64,000 nucleotides of DNA, from positions 62,001-126,000 of the IMG/VR virus record IMGVR_UViG_3300022866_000322. One strand, written 5' to 3'. The notes under the pieces were generated by a model. That model searched no databases. It had not been told where the DNA came from and saw nothing but the letters and a program-made list of their open reading frames with translations. A program made the position numbers and the translations under genes. Shown one piece after another: positions 37,442 through 46,645 of the stretch; the stretch's first letter is position 1; every line of letters starts with the position of its first letter.

Positions 37442-37948
37442 ATGTTAGGAACAGCAAAGTCAGTAGGATTTATCATTAAGTTAGTTCTTATACTACTCAT
37501 CCTGGGTGGTATTGGGTACGGCTTGTGGTATGTAACAGGACTGCGAGCTAATCTTGCTGTAAGCCAAGAAAACGGCCGCAAGATGGAACAGGCAATGCAG
37601 GAACAGCAAGAAGCAATAGCACAGATGCAACGTGAAGCAGAACAAATAAAAGAAATTAACAAAGATCTTGATACTAAGATCAAAGCACAACAAGCAGACT
37701 ATAAAACACTAGAAAATAAGTTTGAAACAACAAAGAGTGGCAAGAAGCGTGACTTTGGCGGAACAGCAGTTAAAAAGCCAGGGCTTGTTGAAAGGGCCAT
37801 CAACAACGGATCACTGGATGCTATGAGATGTTTAGAAATAGCGTCAGGTGGTACATTAACAGAAGCGGAGAAAAATGCTACAAAGAAAAGCAAATCAAAC
37901 AGTATTTGCCCGAGTTTGGCAAATCCCAACTATACTCCTCCTCGTTAG
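37442..37948 (+). CDS. Inner-membrane spanin (Rz-like) candidate
   Basis: N-terminal TM, long coiled coil, two C-terminal Cys. Confidence 0.65.
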   Translation: MLGTAKSVGFIIKLVLILLILGGIGYGLWYVTGLRANLAVSQENGRKMEQAMQEQQEAIAQMQREAEQIKEINKDLDTKIKAQQADYKTLENKFETTKSGKKRDFGGTAVKKPGLVERAINNGSLDAMRCLEIASGGTLTEAEKNATKKSKSNSICPSLANPNYTPPR

Positions 37949-38306
37949 TAGTATAGCAGGGTGTGCTACATTTAGTCTCTTTGACAAAGAGCCTGATGTA
38001 AAGCCAATTGAGGTAGTAACCAAGCCGGTAGAAAAAACACCGCTGGATTTACCTATGCCTGACCCATTAAAATTAGAATCAGTGAAATGGCGTATTGTAA
38101 CACCAGAAAACATTGACAAAGTATGGGAAGAGCTTGGCGCAGAAGGCGGCAATGTTGTGCTGTTTGCATTATCAGAAAACGGGTATAAAACACTTAGTCT
38201 AAACTTTGCGCAGATACGTAACTTTATCTTAACGCAGAATGAAATGCTGATAAAATACAAATTGTATTATGAACCACCGAAGAAAGCAGAAGAAGTAGAA
38301 AAATAA
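37875..38306 (+). CDS. Outer-membrane lipoprotein spanin (Rz1-like) candidate
   Basis: Overlaps the 3' end of the upstream gene in another frame; LLLVSSIAGC lipobox; Pro-rich mature region. Confidence 0.65.
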   Translation: MLQRKANQTVFARVWQIPTILLLVSSIAGCATFSLFDKEPDVKPIEVVTKPVEKTPLDLPMPDPLKLESVKWRIVTPENIDKVWEELGAEGGNVVLFALSENGYKTLSLNFAQIRNFILTQNEMLIKYKLYYEPPKKAEEVEK

Positions 38307-38330
38307 AAATATGAAAAGGAGCTTAACACA

Positions 38331-39107
38331 ATGGCCACCAAACCATTACTACAGGAAACGATACCACAGCGTTCGTTAATATTTGCACAACTAGCACAAA
38401 TCGCCTACGACGAGCTTGCAGATGCAAAGAAAAAAGCCAGGAAACTGGGCTTTACCACAGTAGAATTTTACGACTTTGACGGTGCGCAGGCTTATCGTTT
38501 TCAAAACAAACACGACTTAGTTATTGCTTGTCGCGGCACACAGCCAACAGAATTTAACGACATCAAAGCAGACCTACGTGCGTTGCCTATCATGGCAGAG
38601 ACCATTGGGCGTGTACACAAAGGCTTTAAGAAAGAAGTAGACGAGCTTTGGCCAATGATACTAGAAGATATCAGTCGCACAGTTAACACAAACAATACAC
38701 TGTGGTTTTGTGGACATAGCCTAGGAGCCGCAATGGCAACCATCATGGCGTCAAGGTGTTTTTATGAGCGTAACATACAAAACCCATACGAGTTATACAC
38801 ATATGGTTCACCACGGGTAGGATGGCGCAAGTATGTTAAAACACTAGGAGTAAAACACATACGTTGGCAAAACAACAACGATATTGTTACTCGTGTGCCA
38901 CTATGGTGTATGGGATATGTACACCACGGTGAAAGACACTACATGAACGCATACGGCCAAGTACGCAATCCGTCAGGATGGCAACTTGTAAAAGATCGCT
39001 TCCGCGGCATGTGGATGGGACTTAAACAAGGCAAAATAGACAACTTTGGAGATCATTCAATGGTTGAGTATGTTGCCAACTTAGAAAACTATAACAAGAA
39101 CATATAA
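38331..39107 (+). CDS. Lipase, class 3 (alpha/beta hydrolase)
   Basis: IACRGT, GRVHKGF, GHSLGAA (GxSxG), TYGSPRVG, NDIVTRVP, DHSM. Confidence 0.9.
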   Translation: MATKPLLQETIPQRSLIFAQLAQIAYDELADAKKKARKLGFTTVEFYDFDGAQAYRFQNKHDLVIACRGTQPTEFNDIKADLRALPIMAETIGRVHKGFKKEVDELWPMILEDISRTVNTNNTLWFCGHSLGAAMATIMASRCFYERNIQNPYELYTYGSPRVGWRKYVKTLGVKHIRWQNNNDIVTRVPLWCMGYVHHGERHYMNAYGQVRNPSGWQLVKDRFRGMWMGLKQGKIDNFGDHSMVEYVANLENYNKNI

Positions 39108-39120
39108 AGGAGATAAGTAA

Positions 39121-39465
39121 ATGGCAGATAAGAAAACAGTTACAATCGATTCAGATCTAGCGACTAAATTGGACGCTAACGGAGACGGACACATCTCCGC
39201 AGAAGAAATGGCAATGGATCTTGAATTTAAACGCAAGCGTTTAGAAGATGCAGATGCAATGCGTGACGCACAACGTAACATGGCATGGTTTGCACTATTT
39301 GGAATGTTGTTGTATCCATTCTCAGTAGTCATTGCTGAATTGATTGGTCTTGGCAAGGCCAGCGGAGTGTTGGGCGATATGGCTCCAACATACTTTGTTT
39401 CAGTTGCCGCTATTGTTGCTGCCTTTTATGGCAAGAGTGCGTTTGAGAGCAAAAACACAAAATAG
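39121..39465 (+). CDS. EF-hand plus 2-TM membrane protein (holin-like candidate)
   Basis: Canonical EF-hand DANGDGHISAEE followed by two hydrophobic helices; AAGGAG SD. Confidence 0.65.
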   Translation: MADKKTVTIDSDLATKLDANGDGHISAEEMAMDLEFKRKRLEDADAMRDAQRNMAWFALFGMLLYPFSVVIAELIGLGKASGVLGDMAPTYFVSVAAIVAAFYGKSAFESKNTK

Positions 39466-39474
39466 GAGGCCTAA

Positions 39475-39660
39475 ATGGCAGGACGTAAGGACATTGTATA
39501 TCTAATACCAGAAGGTGAAACTCGAAGTAGTCACACGTATCACTATACTTTACAAAAGACTAAGAACTTAAAAAGTCAAAAAGTAAAGTTTCGCAAGTAT
39601 AACCCTGTTAAGCGCAAGCATGAAATGTTTGTGGAAGTAAAGGCACCGGGACACAACTAG
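39475..39660 (+). CDS. rpmG: Ribosomal protein bL33 homologue (Cys-free type)
   Basis: IVYLI...HTYHYTLQK...KVKFRKYNPVKRKHEMFVEVK matches the L33 pattern (K/R)K(Y/F)DPxxRxHxx(F/Y)xExK; GGAGG SD. Confidence 0.75.
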   Translation: MAGRKDIVYLIPEGETRSSHTYHYTLQKTKNLKSQKVKFRKYNPVKRKHEMFVEVKAPGHN

Positions 39661-39670
39661 TAACACAACA

Positions 39671-39702
39671 GGGCAAGTCTTAGTTGACTATGCCCTGTTT
39701 TT
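39671..39702 (+). terminator. Probable intrinsic terminator overlapping a promoter
   Basis: GGGCA-AGTC...GACT-A-TGCCC hairpin followed by TGTTTTT. Confidence 0.6.
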
Positions 39703-39712
39703 ATAATATAAT
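39684..39712 (+). promoter_or_regulatory. sigma70 promoter
   Basis: TTGACT, 17 nt, TATAAT. Confidence 0.8.
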
Positions 39713-39721
39713 AGTATCTTA

Positions 39722-39826
39722 ATGAAAATGCAGACACAAATAAAACTCCTGTTATGGCTAGTAATAGCCTTTATGTCGCTAGGATTAAGTTTTATACTCT
39801 GGTTATTATATAAGATACTTTCATGA
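39722..39826 (+). CDS. 34-aa single-TM peptide
   Basis: MKMQTQIKLLLWLVIAFMSLGLSFILWLLYKILS; stop overlaps the next start (ATGA). Confidence 0.55.
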   Translation: MKMQTQIKLLLWLVIAFMSLGLSFILWLLYKILS

Positions 39827-40662
39827 CCCATTATCAAACACTAGGCGTAGCAGAAAATACCTCCCAAGATGATATCAAAAAAGCATATCGCAAACTCGCG
39901 ATGCAACATCATCCTGACCGCAATAATGGTGACGATACAAAATTCAAAGAAATACAAATTGCATACGATGCTGTAGGTGACGAACAAAAACGTCAGCAGT
40001 ATGACATGCAAAGACAAAATCCAGGTGGCATTAGGTTTAACATCAATAATGGACAACATCCAGACATTGATGAGATGTTGCGTAACTTTGGCTTTGGGTT
40101 TGCAAGAGGGCAAGATCCTTTTAGTGGTTTTAAGCAACCTAGAAAGAATAAAGACCTACGAGTAGAATTAGTAGTGCCGTTAAGTAGTACACTAGACGCA
40201 CAAACTAAGACAATAAGTGTGCAAACAACCAATGGCCAAAGGCAAACGGTTAATGTAAAACTTCCTAGAGGAATAGTACCCGGAAGCACTATTAAATACC
40301 CACAACTAGGCGATAGTTTTTTTGAACAGTTGCCACAAGGTGATTTATACATCCAAGTGCAAGTGCAAAACGACACAGACTTTGCTGTCAATGGGTTAGA
40401 CTTGTACAACGCCATTGACATAAATGCAATAGATGCTATAATAGGTACTAAGATAAGTGTTACAAGTATAAGTGGCAAAACATTTGAAATGAACATCCCT
40501 GCAGGTACACAGCATGGCAAGAAGTTTAAGATTCCCAGCAACGGGCTGTATACAATGAATCAATCTAGTAGGGGAAGTTTGATAATAGTTATTAACATAG
40601 TTATTCCGACAGATTTAACTGGTGAGCAACTGCAAACTTTACGCACAATCAATAACCTTTAG
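39823..40662 (+). CDS. J-domain chaperone (DnaJ/CbpA-like, no zinc finger)
   Basis: HYQTLGV...IKKAYRKLAMQHHPDRN (HPD motif); C-terminal GDLYI, GTQHG, GSLII. Confidence 0.92.
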   Translation: MTHYQTLGVAENTSQDDIKKAYRKLAMQHHPDRNNGDDTKFKEIQIAYDAVGDEQKRQQYDMQRQNPGGIRFNINNGQHPDIDEMLRNFGFGFARGQDPFSGFKQPRKNKDLRVELVVPLSSTLDAQTKTISVQTTNGQRQTVNVKLPRGIVPGSTIKYPQLGDSFFEQLPQGDLYIQVQVQNDTDFAVNGLDLYNAIDINAIDAIIGTKISVTSISGKTFEMNIPAGTQHGKKFKIPSNGLYTMNQSSRGSLIIVINIVIPTDLTGEQLQTLRTINNL

Positions 40663-40676
40663 CACTAAATATTTTT

Positions 40677-42944
40677 ATGTTACAAACAAATCCTGAAATA
40701 GACTATGTAGTACAAGAAGCAACAAAACTAGCAAAGAGCTACGAGCATGAATACATCACAGTAGAACATGTAATGTTAGCCATGATTAGATACGAGCCGC
40801 TATGCGTTCTGTTTGAAAAATCTCAAATCGATGTAAAAACAATAGATGCAGATTTAAGCCTTTATATTTCTGAACAAGAAGATTTAGTGGTCCAAGGTTG
40901 TGAACCAAGAAAAACACATGCGCTCGAAAGAGTATTTAACAGAGCTTTGACTCAACTATTGTTTAGCGGGCGCACACAGCTACAGTTAATGGACTTGCTG
41001 TTAAGTATACAATCAGAAACAAATAGTTTTGCACAGTACTTTGCTGTAAAGCACGGGCTGACACGTGAAAAAATGTTAGAACTGTTTGCACTTGTTAATG
41101 CAGATGGCGAAAATAAGAAAGTAGTTAATGCAAGCAAAGCAGAAAGAATTTTAGAACACTATTGTGACAACCTTAACAAAAAGGTAGCAGAAGGAAAGAT
41201 AGACCCTGTCATTGGCAGAGAATTTGAGACAAACGAGATCATAGAAGTTATGGCTCGTAAGAATAAAAATAATGTGTTACTAATTGGAGATCCGGGTGTA
41301 GGCAAGACTGCAATTGCAGAAGGGCTTGCACTAGCAATCGAAGCAAATACTGTTCCGGAGTTCTTACAAGGTTACGTTGTTTACAATCTTGACATAGGCT
41401 CGTTGCTTGCTGGTAGCAGGTACAGAGGAGACTTTGAAGAAAAAGTACAAGAAGTTATTAAAGCCTTAACTGTTAAAGGGAAGGCAATACTGTTCATTGA
41501 TGAAGCACACCAAATGAAAGGTGCAGGCTCTACAGGGGCAAACGCAAGTGTAGATTTCAGTAACATGATAAAGCCTGCGATCGGCAAAGGCAAGATCAAA
41601 GTAATGGCTTCTACAACGTGGGAAGAGTATTCAAATAGTTTCGAAAAGGATCGTGCATTGATGCGCAGATTCCAGCGTATTACTGTTGATGAGCCTACAG
41701 CAGAAGTAGCAAAAGAAATACTTACAGGGCTGAAAAGTGTATTTGAAAAGTTCCATGGTGGTACAGTAACAAATGCTTCAATTGATGCGGCCGTTGATCT
41801 TAGTGTCAGATACCAAACAGATAAAAAACTGCCAGACAAGGCAATTGATTTAATCGACAGCACATGTGCCAGGTTAAAACTTAGCACTGCTATTTGGACA
41901 GTTACTAGAGCTGATATTATTGACAGCATTGCTAAGATGACTAAGATTCCTGCTGACCAAATTGGAAACCAGAAAGCAATTGTCAACTTCGAAGCGATTA
42001 TAAAAGAAAAACTGTACGGACAGGATCAAGCAGTTGACACTGTATTGGAAAAAATATATGTAAGTAGAGCTGGCTTGAAAGCAATTAACAAGCCCGTTGG
42101 TAGTTTCTTGTTTACAGGACCAACAGGCACAGGCAAAACAGAACTTGCTAAACTGTTAGCAGAAAACCTAGGCATGAAGTTATTACGTTACGACATGAGC
42201 GAATACCAAGAACGTCACACTGTAGCAAAGTTAGTTGGCGCACCTCCAGGGTACGTAGGCTACGATGACGGAAACTTAGGTGGTGGTATGCTTATTAGTG
42301 ATATCGAAAAGAATCCAAACAGTGTTATATTAATGGATGAGATAGAAAAAGCACATCCAGACGTTACTAATGTGCTATTGCAGATGATGGATGAAGGAAT
42401 GATTACCTCAAGCAACGGTAAGAAAGCAAATTGTCGTAACACAGTTATTATCCTTACCAGTAACCTGGGTGCCGCAGACAACGAAAATAACACAATAGGC
42501 TTTGGTGACGAACTACAAAAAACAGGCGAGGATGACAAAGCAGTTAAGAAGTACTTTGCTCCTGAATTTAGGAATAGACTAGACGGGACTGTGAAGTTCA
42601 AGAAACTTGACGAACTAAGCATGCGTAAGATCGTAACAAAGTATCTAGTAGAAATTAATGATTTACTACTAGATAAAAATCTAAAGGTTAAACTTACAGA
42701 ACCAGCAATAGGTGAACTTGTTGAACAAGGATTTGATCCCAAGATGGGAGCAAGGCCATTGCAACGCAAAATGAACGAAGAAATAAAAGTTCCATTGAGT
42801 AAAAAAATGTTGTTTGAGCCCATTGTGCCCGGTAGCATTATAACTGTAGACTTTCGAGATGATAAATTTACCTTTATTGTAGACTCACCAGAAAACACAA
42901 CACACAAAGTAGACGATGATGGATTTATTATACTGGAAGAATAG
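40677..42944 (+). CDS. clpA: ATP-dependent Clp protease ATP-binding subunit ClpA
   Basis: N-domain HEYITVEH; GDPGVGKT and GPTGTGKT Walker A motifs; IGF loop (NTIGFG); GARPLQR. Confidence 0.92.
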   Translation: MLQTNPEIDYVVQEATKLAKSYEHEYITVEHVMLAMIRYEPLCVLFEKSQIDVKTIDADLSLYISEQEDLVVQGCEPRKTHALERVFNRALTQLLFSGRTQLQLMDLLLSIQSETNSFAQYFAVKHGLTREKMLELFALVNADGENKKVVNASKAERILEHYCDNLNKKVAEGKIDPVIGREFETNEIIEVMARKNKNNVLLIGDPGVGKTAIAEGLALAIEANTVPEFLQGYVVYNLDIGSLLAGSRYRGDFEEKVQEVIKALTVKGKAILFIDEAHQMKGAGSTGANASVDFSNMIKPAIGKGKIKVMASTTWEEYSNSFEKDRALMRRFQRITVDEPTAEVAKEILTGLKSVFEKFHGGTVTNASIDAAVDLSVRYQTDKKLPDKAIDLIDSTCARLKLSTAIWTVTRADIIDSIAKMTKIPADQIGNQKAIVNFEAIIKEKLYGQDQAVDTVLEKIYVSRAGLKAINKPVGSFLFTGPTGTGKTELAKLLAENLGMKLLRYDMSEYQERHTVAKLVGAPPGYVGYDDGNLGGGMLISDIEKNPNSVILMDEIEKAHPDVTNVLLQMMDEGMITSSNGKKANCRNTVIILTSNLGAADNENNTIGFGDELQKTGEDDKAVKKYFAPEFRNRLDGTVKFKKLDELSMRKIVTKYLVEINDLLLDKNLKVKLTEPAIGELVEQGFDPKMGARPLQRKMNEEIKVPLSKKMLFEPIVPGSIITVDFRDDKFTFIVDSPENTTHKVDDDGFIILEE

Positions 42945-43644
42945 AGCTAGTCAGACAGAAATTCTGTCTACACACAAGAAGTTTTACAAGGCGTTCTTGT
43001 ACAAAATGACTGTGTTTGCTCCTGGATGTCGTAGTATACTATGTCCGGACATTGCAGGAAGTTTAAAAAGCAGAAAAGAACTGGTAATAGGTCACTACAA
43101 CTACGGTGGTAGTTGGTACAGTCCAAAAGTGCAAGAATGGGTTAGTCAAGCAGATATAACTCAGTTAAAAACGCTACAAGAAATGAGGATGCGCAGTCAC
43201 TCACACAATATTAAAGTGCGTGTCGAGGAACCATACGTGGACATTTATGCATGCACTGAGGAAAAGTTAAAAGAGCTGTGTGAACTGCTGGATAACCCCA
43301 GTTCAGTTAAAAGCGTTAGTGGTCCACAGAGCAAACAAGCAGAAACGCTACTTGTTGACAACAAGATCTTACGAAAACGTAAGCCCAAGTGGCGTTACAA
43401 AATTGCCCTCAAGGATAAAAAATTCAGCAAAGACATCAAAGAATCTATATGGAATTATCTATTAGGGATCGGTGAGGAAATACACATGCCAAACATGGCA
43501 CAACACCAGTTAACCAAAGATCACGAATGGATTTGGGGTTGTTATTTTTACACTAACGATTCTGGCGTTGTGAATATGTTAAGATTAATTGACCCAGACA
43601 TGGTTAGAGAAGTTTCCGAGATGGTACAAGTAGGTGATAAATAG
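42916..43644 (+). CDS. Hypothetical protein
   Basis: Long coupled ORF. Confidence 0.7.
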   Translation: MMDLLYWKNRASQTEILSTHKKFYKAFLYKMTVFAPGCRSILCPDIAGSLKSRKELVIGHYNYGGSWYSPKVQEWVSQADITQLKTLQEMRMRSHSHNIKVRVEEPYVDIYACTEEKLKELCELLDNPSSVKSVSGPQSKQAETLLVDNKILRKRKPKWRYKIALKDKKFSKDIKESIWNYLLGIGEEIHMPNMAQHQLTKDHEWIWGCYFYTNDSGVVNMLRLIDPDMVREVSEMVQVGDK

Positions 43645-43664
43645 TTAAAATTAAGGAAACAACA

Positions 43665-43829
43665 ATGGCTAAAGTACATGAAGAAGTTTTAGTTATCACC
43701 GTAAGCAAACTAGTAAAAGATGACACGACCCCTGAATCAGTTGTAAGTGCAGACATACAAACACAATTAGCAGAAGTTGCAGAACAGTTACTAGGCGAAG
43801 GTGTAATAGTTGAAGTAAGCAAAGCATAA
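43665..43829 (+). CDS. Small hypothetical protein (54 aa)
   Basis: ATAAATA at 43637, AAGGA SD; MAKVHEEVLVITVSKLVKDD...VEVSKA; missed by the ORF track. Confidence 0.7.
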   Translation: MAKVHEEVLVITVSKLVKDDTTPESVVSADIQTQLAEVAEQLLGEGVIVEVSKA

Positions 43830-43858
43830 ATTTAATACAATCAAATAGAAAGAGTTCA

Positions 43859-44815
43859 ATGGCAAAAAAGAAACCAGGAAAGTCCTCACAGGCTAGTGCG
43901 GTTGCGGCAATCAAAGCGGCAGCCGAGAAGCCAGCAACATCCTCCCCACAGGCTAATGCAGTAGACATGATCAAAGCGGCAGCCGCTAAACGTCAAGAAG
44001 AACAACAGCAACAACAAGTTAACAGTGCAGTTCCACAAGGACAGCAGTTTGACTTTTCGAAATGTCATCTGCACATTGGTATTCCCTGTTATGGTGGAAT
44101 GGTAAGTGAACCCACTATGACAAGTTTGTTAAGATTTATTCTACTTGCACAACAGGCAGGACTTAACTGGTCTCTAGATACCATGGTTAACGAGTCATTA
44201 GTAACACGAGCACGTAACAACTTGATGGCCAAAATGATGACCAACAAGAGTGCTACACACTTTATGTTTATCGATGCTGATATTAGATTCCAGCCAGAGT
44301 CCATTCTACAAATGATGGCTTGCAACAAAGAAGTTATTGGCGGACTGTATCCTAAGAAAGCATTGCCGGTAAACTATGTAATTAACCTTAAGCCTGAAAC
44401 CAAAGTACAAGGCGATGTCTTTACTGTGGACACAATGGGCACTGGTTTCTTATTATTCAAGAAAGAAGTATACCAGAAGTTATGTGATGCGCATCCAGAA
44501 TGCAAGTACGTTGATGACGTTGGATTAGGTAAGCAATTTGAACCTACCATGTACAGTATCTTTGACTGTAAAATTGACGAAAAAGGACACTACCTCAGTG
44601 AGGACTGGTTGTTCTGTAGACGTTGGTCAGCAATTGGTGGTGAGATTTGGGCACACGGTAAAGTGTTGCTTAACCATATTGGACACTATGAATTTACAGG
44701 TGATCTCAGCAAGATGCCAGACTTTGCTAGGAATGAACACGTGCCAGGTGGTGGAGTGTTAAACGATGCTATCGATATGGCCAGCAGGGGTCAAAAGGCA
44801 ACAATTAACGGATAA
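43859..44815 (+). CDS. GT-A glycosyltransferase-like protein
   Basis: IGIPCYGG, NESLVTRARN, FMFIDADI (DxD), LSEDWLFC; low-complexity A/Q-rich N-terminus. Confidence 0.75.
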   Translation: MAKKKPGKSSQASAVAAIKAAAEKPATSSPQANAVDMIKAAAAKRQEEQQQQQVNSAVPQGQQFDFSKCHLHIGIPCYGGMVSEPTMTSLLRFILLAQQAGLNWSLDTMVNESLVTRARNNLMAKMMTNKSATHFMFIDADIRFQPESILQMMACNKEVIGGLYPKKALPVNYVINLKPETKVQGDVFTVDTMGTGFLLFKKEVYQKLCDAHPECKYVDDVGLGKQFEPTMYSIFDCKIDEKGHYLSEDWLFCRRWSAIGGEIWAHGKVLLNHIGHYEFTGDLSKMPDFARNEHVPGGGVLNDAIDMASRGQKATING

Positions 44816-44823
44816 GGGCTATA

Positions 44824-45309
44824 ATGGCTGAAACAGAAAAGCTAAAATTTAGAATTGGTTTAAGTGGAACTAACCCAGACAAACAGCCGCAATATCGAAT
44901 CGGTATAAATGGCAAAGGCAAAGTGTTTGGTGTACTTAGTACTGGTGTTAGCGAGACAGAGTATGTAGAGTTCGAATCATCAGTAACAGAAGGCCCACAA
45001 TGTTTGGAAATAGAACTGCTTAACAAAGGTTATGGCGATACTGTAACAGACGAAAACGGAGAAATAATTAGCGATTTTCTCCTTAATATAGATAGTATTG
45101 AGATAGATGAAATTGATTTAGGTACACTCAAATGGACCCTAAGTGAATATTATCCGATTTATCCGCGTGATTATGTAAATCATGTTTTAGCAGAAACAGG
45201 CAACAAGCCAGACGAAGTTGTTAAAAGTTGTGTAAACATGGGATGGAACGGCAAATGGACACTGCCGTTCGAAAGCCCATTTTACATTTGGCTACTAGAG
45301 AACTTGTAA
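44824..45309 (+). CDS. Hypothetical beta-rich protein
   Basis: PQYRIGING motif resembles PVYRIFVDG in 46757-47086. Confidence 0.7.
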   Translation: MAETEKLKFRIGLSGTNPDKQPQYRIGINGKGKVFGVLSTGVSETEYVEFESSVTEGPQCLEIELLNKGYGDTVTDENGEIISDFLLNIDSIEIDEIDLGTLKWTLSEYYPIYPRDYVNHVLAETGNKPDEVVKSCVNMGWNGKWTLPFESPFYIWLLENL

Positions 45310-45338
45310 GCTAAATATAGCAATAGAGCGGAAGATCA

Positions 45339-46241
45339 ATGTTTATTGCTAATTTATTTGAAAACTATGTAAAAGAGAACAACGGCCCGGAAGTGGTAGT
45401 GGTATATCCAGGCCGTTTTCAACCTTTTCACTTAGGACACAAAGAAGTGTTTAACTCACTCCAAAACAAATTTGGACGTGATAATGTTTATATTGCAACC
45501 AGCAACAAAACAGACGGCGCTAAAAGCCCATTTAACTTTTCCGACAAAACCATATTCATGAATGCGGCTGGTGTACCTAGTGATCGCATTATAGAAGTTT
45601 CAAACCCATACGCTTTACCCCAGCAATTCAACCCAGAAAATACTATCTTTGTTGCAGTAGTAGGTAGTCCCGACAAGAATAGACTCAATCCAGATTCAAC
45701 TAAAAAAGACGGTTCGCCAAGTTATTTCAAGATGTTTGATAGTTTTGAAAAAGCTGAAACCGCAGATCGACATGGCTATGTAATCATTGCAGACGAACGC
45801 AATAAACAGATCACCTTAGGTGACGAAACTGTCGATGTTAGCCACGGCACACAGACTAGAGCCGCTTGGAACGCAGTTAGAAAAGATCCGAAACTGCGTT
45901 CCCAATTTTTAAAACAAATGTATGGCAGAGACGATCCAGAAGTTGGTCGTGTACTGGATAAGATTACCGAAACAGTGAATGAGATGGGTGGTGTAGGTGT
46001 AATTGCAAGCAAAGGGCAAGCAAAAGATCCACGCTATAGTATGAGCTTAACCAAAGACATTAGACCAGGTGAAACCAATAGACAGTTAGCGAAGATGGGA
46101 CTGGGCGCAAAAGTCACCAGTCTCGGCGAAGAGATTGCAACACTTAAAGAAAAGTGGAGTGCAAAGTACAAGAAAAGTATCGACTGTAATAACCCTAAGG
46201 GATTTAGTCAAAAAGCACATTGTGCAGGGAAGAAAAAATGA
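45339..46241 (+). CDS. HxGH nucleotidyltransferase fused to short C-terminal basic modules; probable head-packaged protein
   Basis: YPGRFQPFHLGH, SPFNF; C-terminal EKWSAKYKKSIDCNNPKGFSQKAHC module; CTAAATA at 45311. Confidence 0.75.
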   Translation: MFIANLFENYVKENNGPEVVVVYPGRFQPFHLGHKEVFNSLQNKFGRDNVYIATSNKTDGAKSPFNFSDKTIFMNAAGVPSDRIIEVSNPYALPQQFNPENTIFVAVVGSPDKNRLNPDSTKKDGSPSYFKMFDSFEKAETADRHGYVIIADERNKQITLGDETVDVSHGTQTRAAWNAVRKDPKLRSQFLKQMYGRDDPEVGRVLDKITETVNEMGGVGVIASKGQAKDPRYSMSLTKDIRPGETNRQLAKMGLGAKVTSLGEEIATLKEKWSAKYKKSIDCNNPKGFSQKAHCAGKKK

Positions 46242-46645
46242 GAATATTAGAAATTATAGAAGAAGCAAAATCAAGTTGCCCTATTGCAACACAAGACTTA
46301 GAAGTTAACACTGTTAATAGAGACTTTGCACAAGAAAAGTATAACTACGGTCCACTTAATATTGATGAGCCTGGCAATTATTGGGAAGGTGTTGCAAAAG
46401 AATGGGACACTACTGTAGAAGCCGCTAAAGAATCACTTTGCGGAAACTGTGTAGCATTCGATATAAGTCCACGCATGGAAGACTGCATGCCGGGTCCCGT
46501 GAGCGAAGATGGTGGTAGACTAGGTTACTGTTGGATGCACCAATTCAAATGCCACAGTCTAAGAACATGCCACACATGGGCAAAAGGCGGTCCAATTACT
46601 GACGACGAAGTTAGCTATGACTGGGACAAAAGAAGCAATGACTAA
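46238..46645 (+). CDS. Cys-rich protein with capsid-targeting-like N-terminus
   Basis: MRILEIIEE start; CGNC...C...GYCWMHQFKCHSLRTC. Confidence 0.7.
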   Translation: MRILEIIEEAKSSCPIATQDLEVNTVNRDFAQEKYNYGPLNIDEPGNYWEGVAKEWDTTVEAAKESLCGNCVAFDISPRMEDCMPGPVSEDGGRLGYCWMHQFKCHSLRTCHTWAKGGPITDDEVSYDWDKRSND

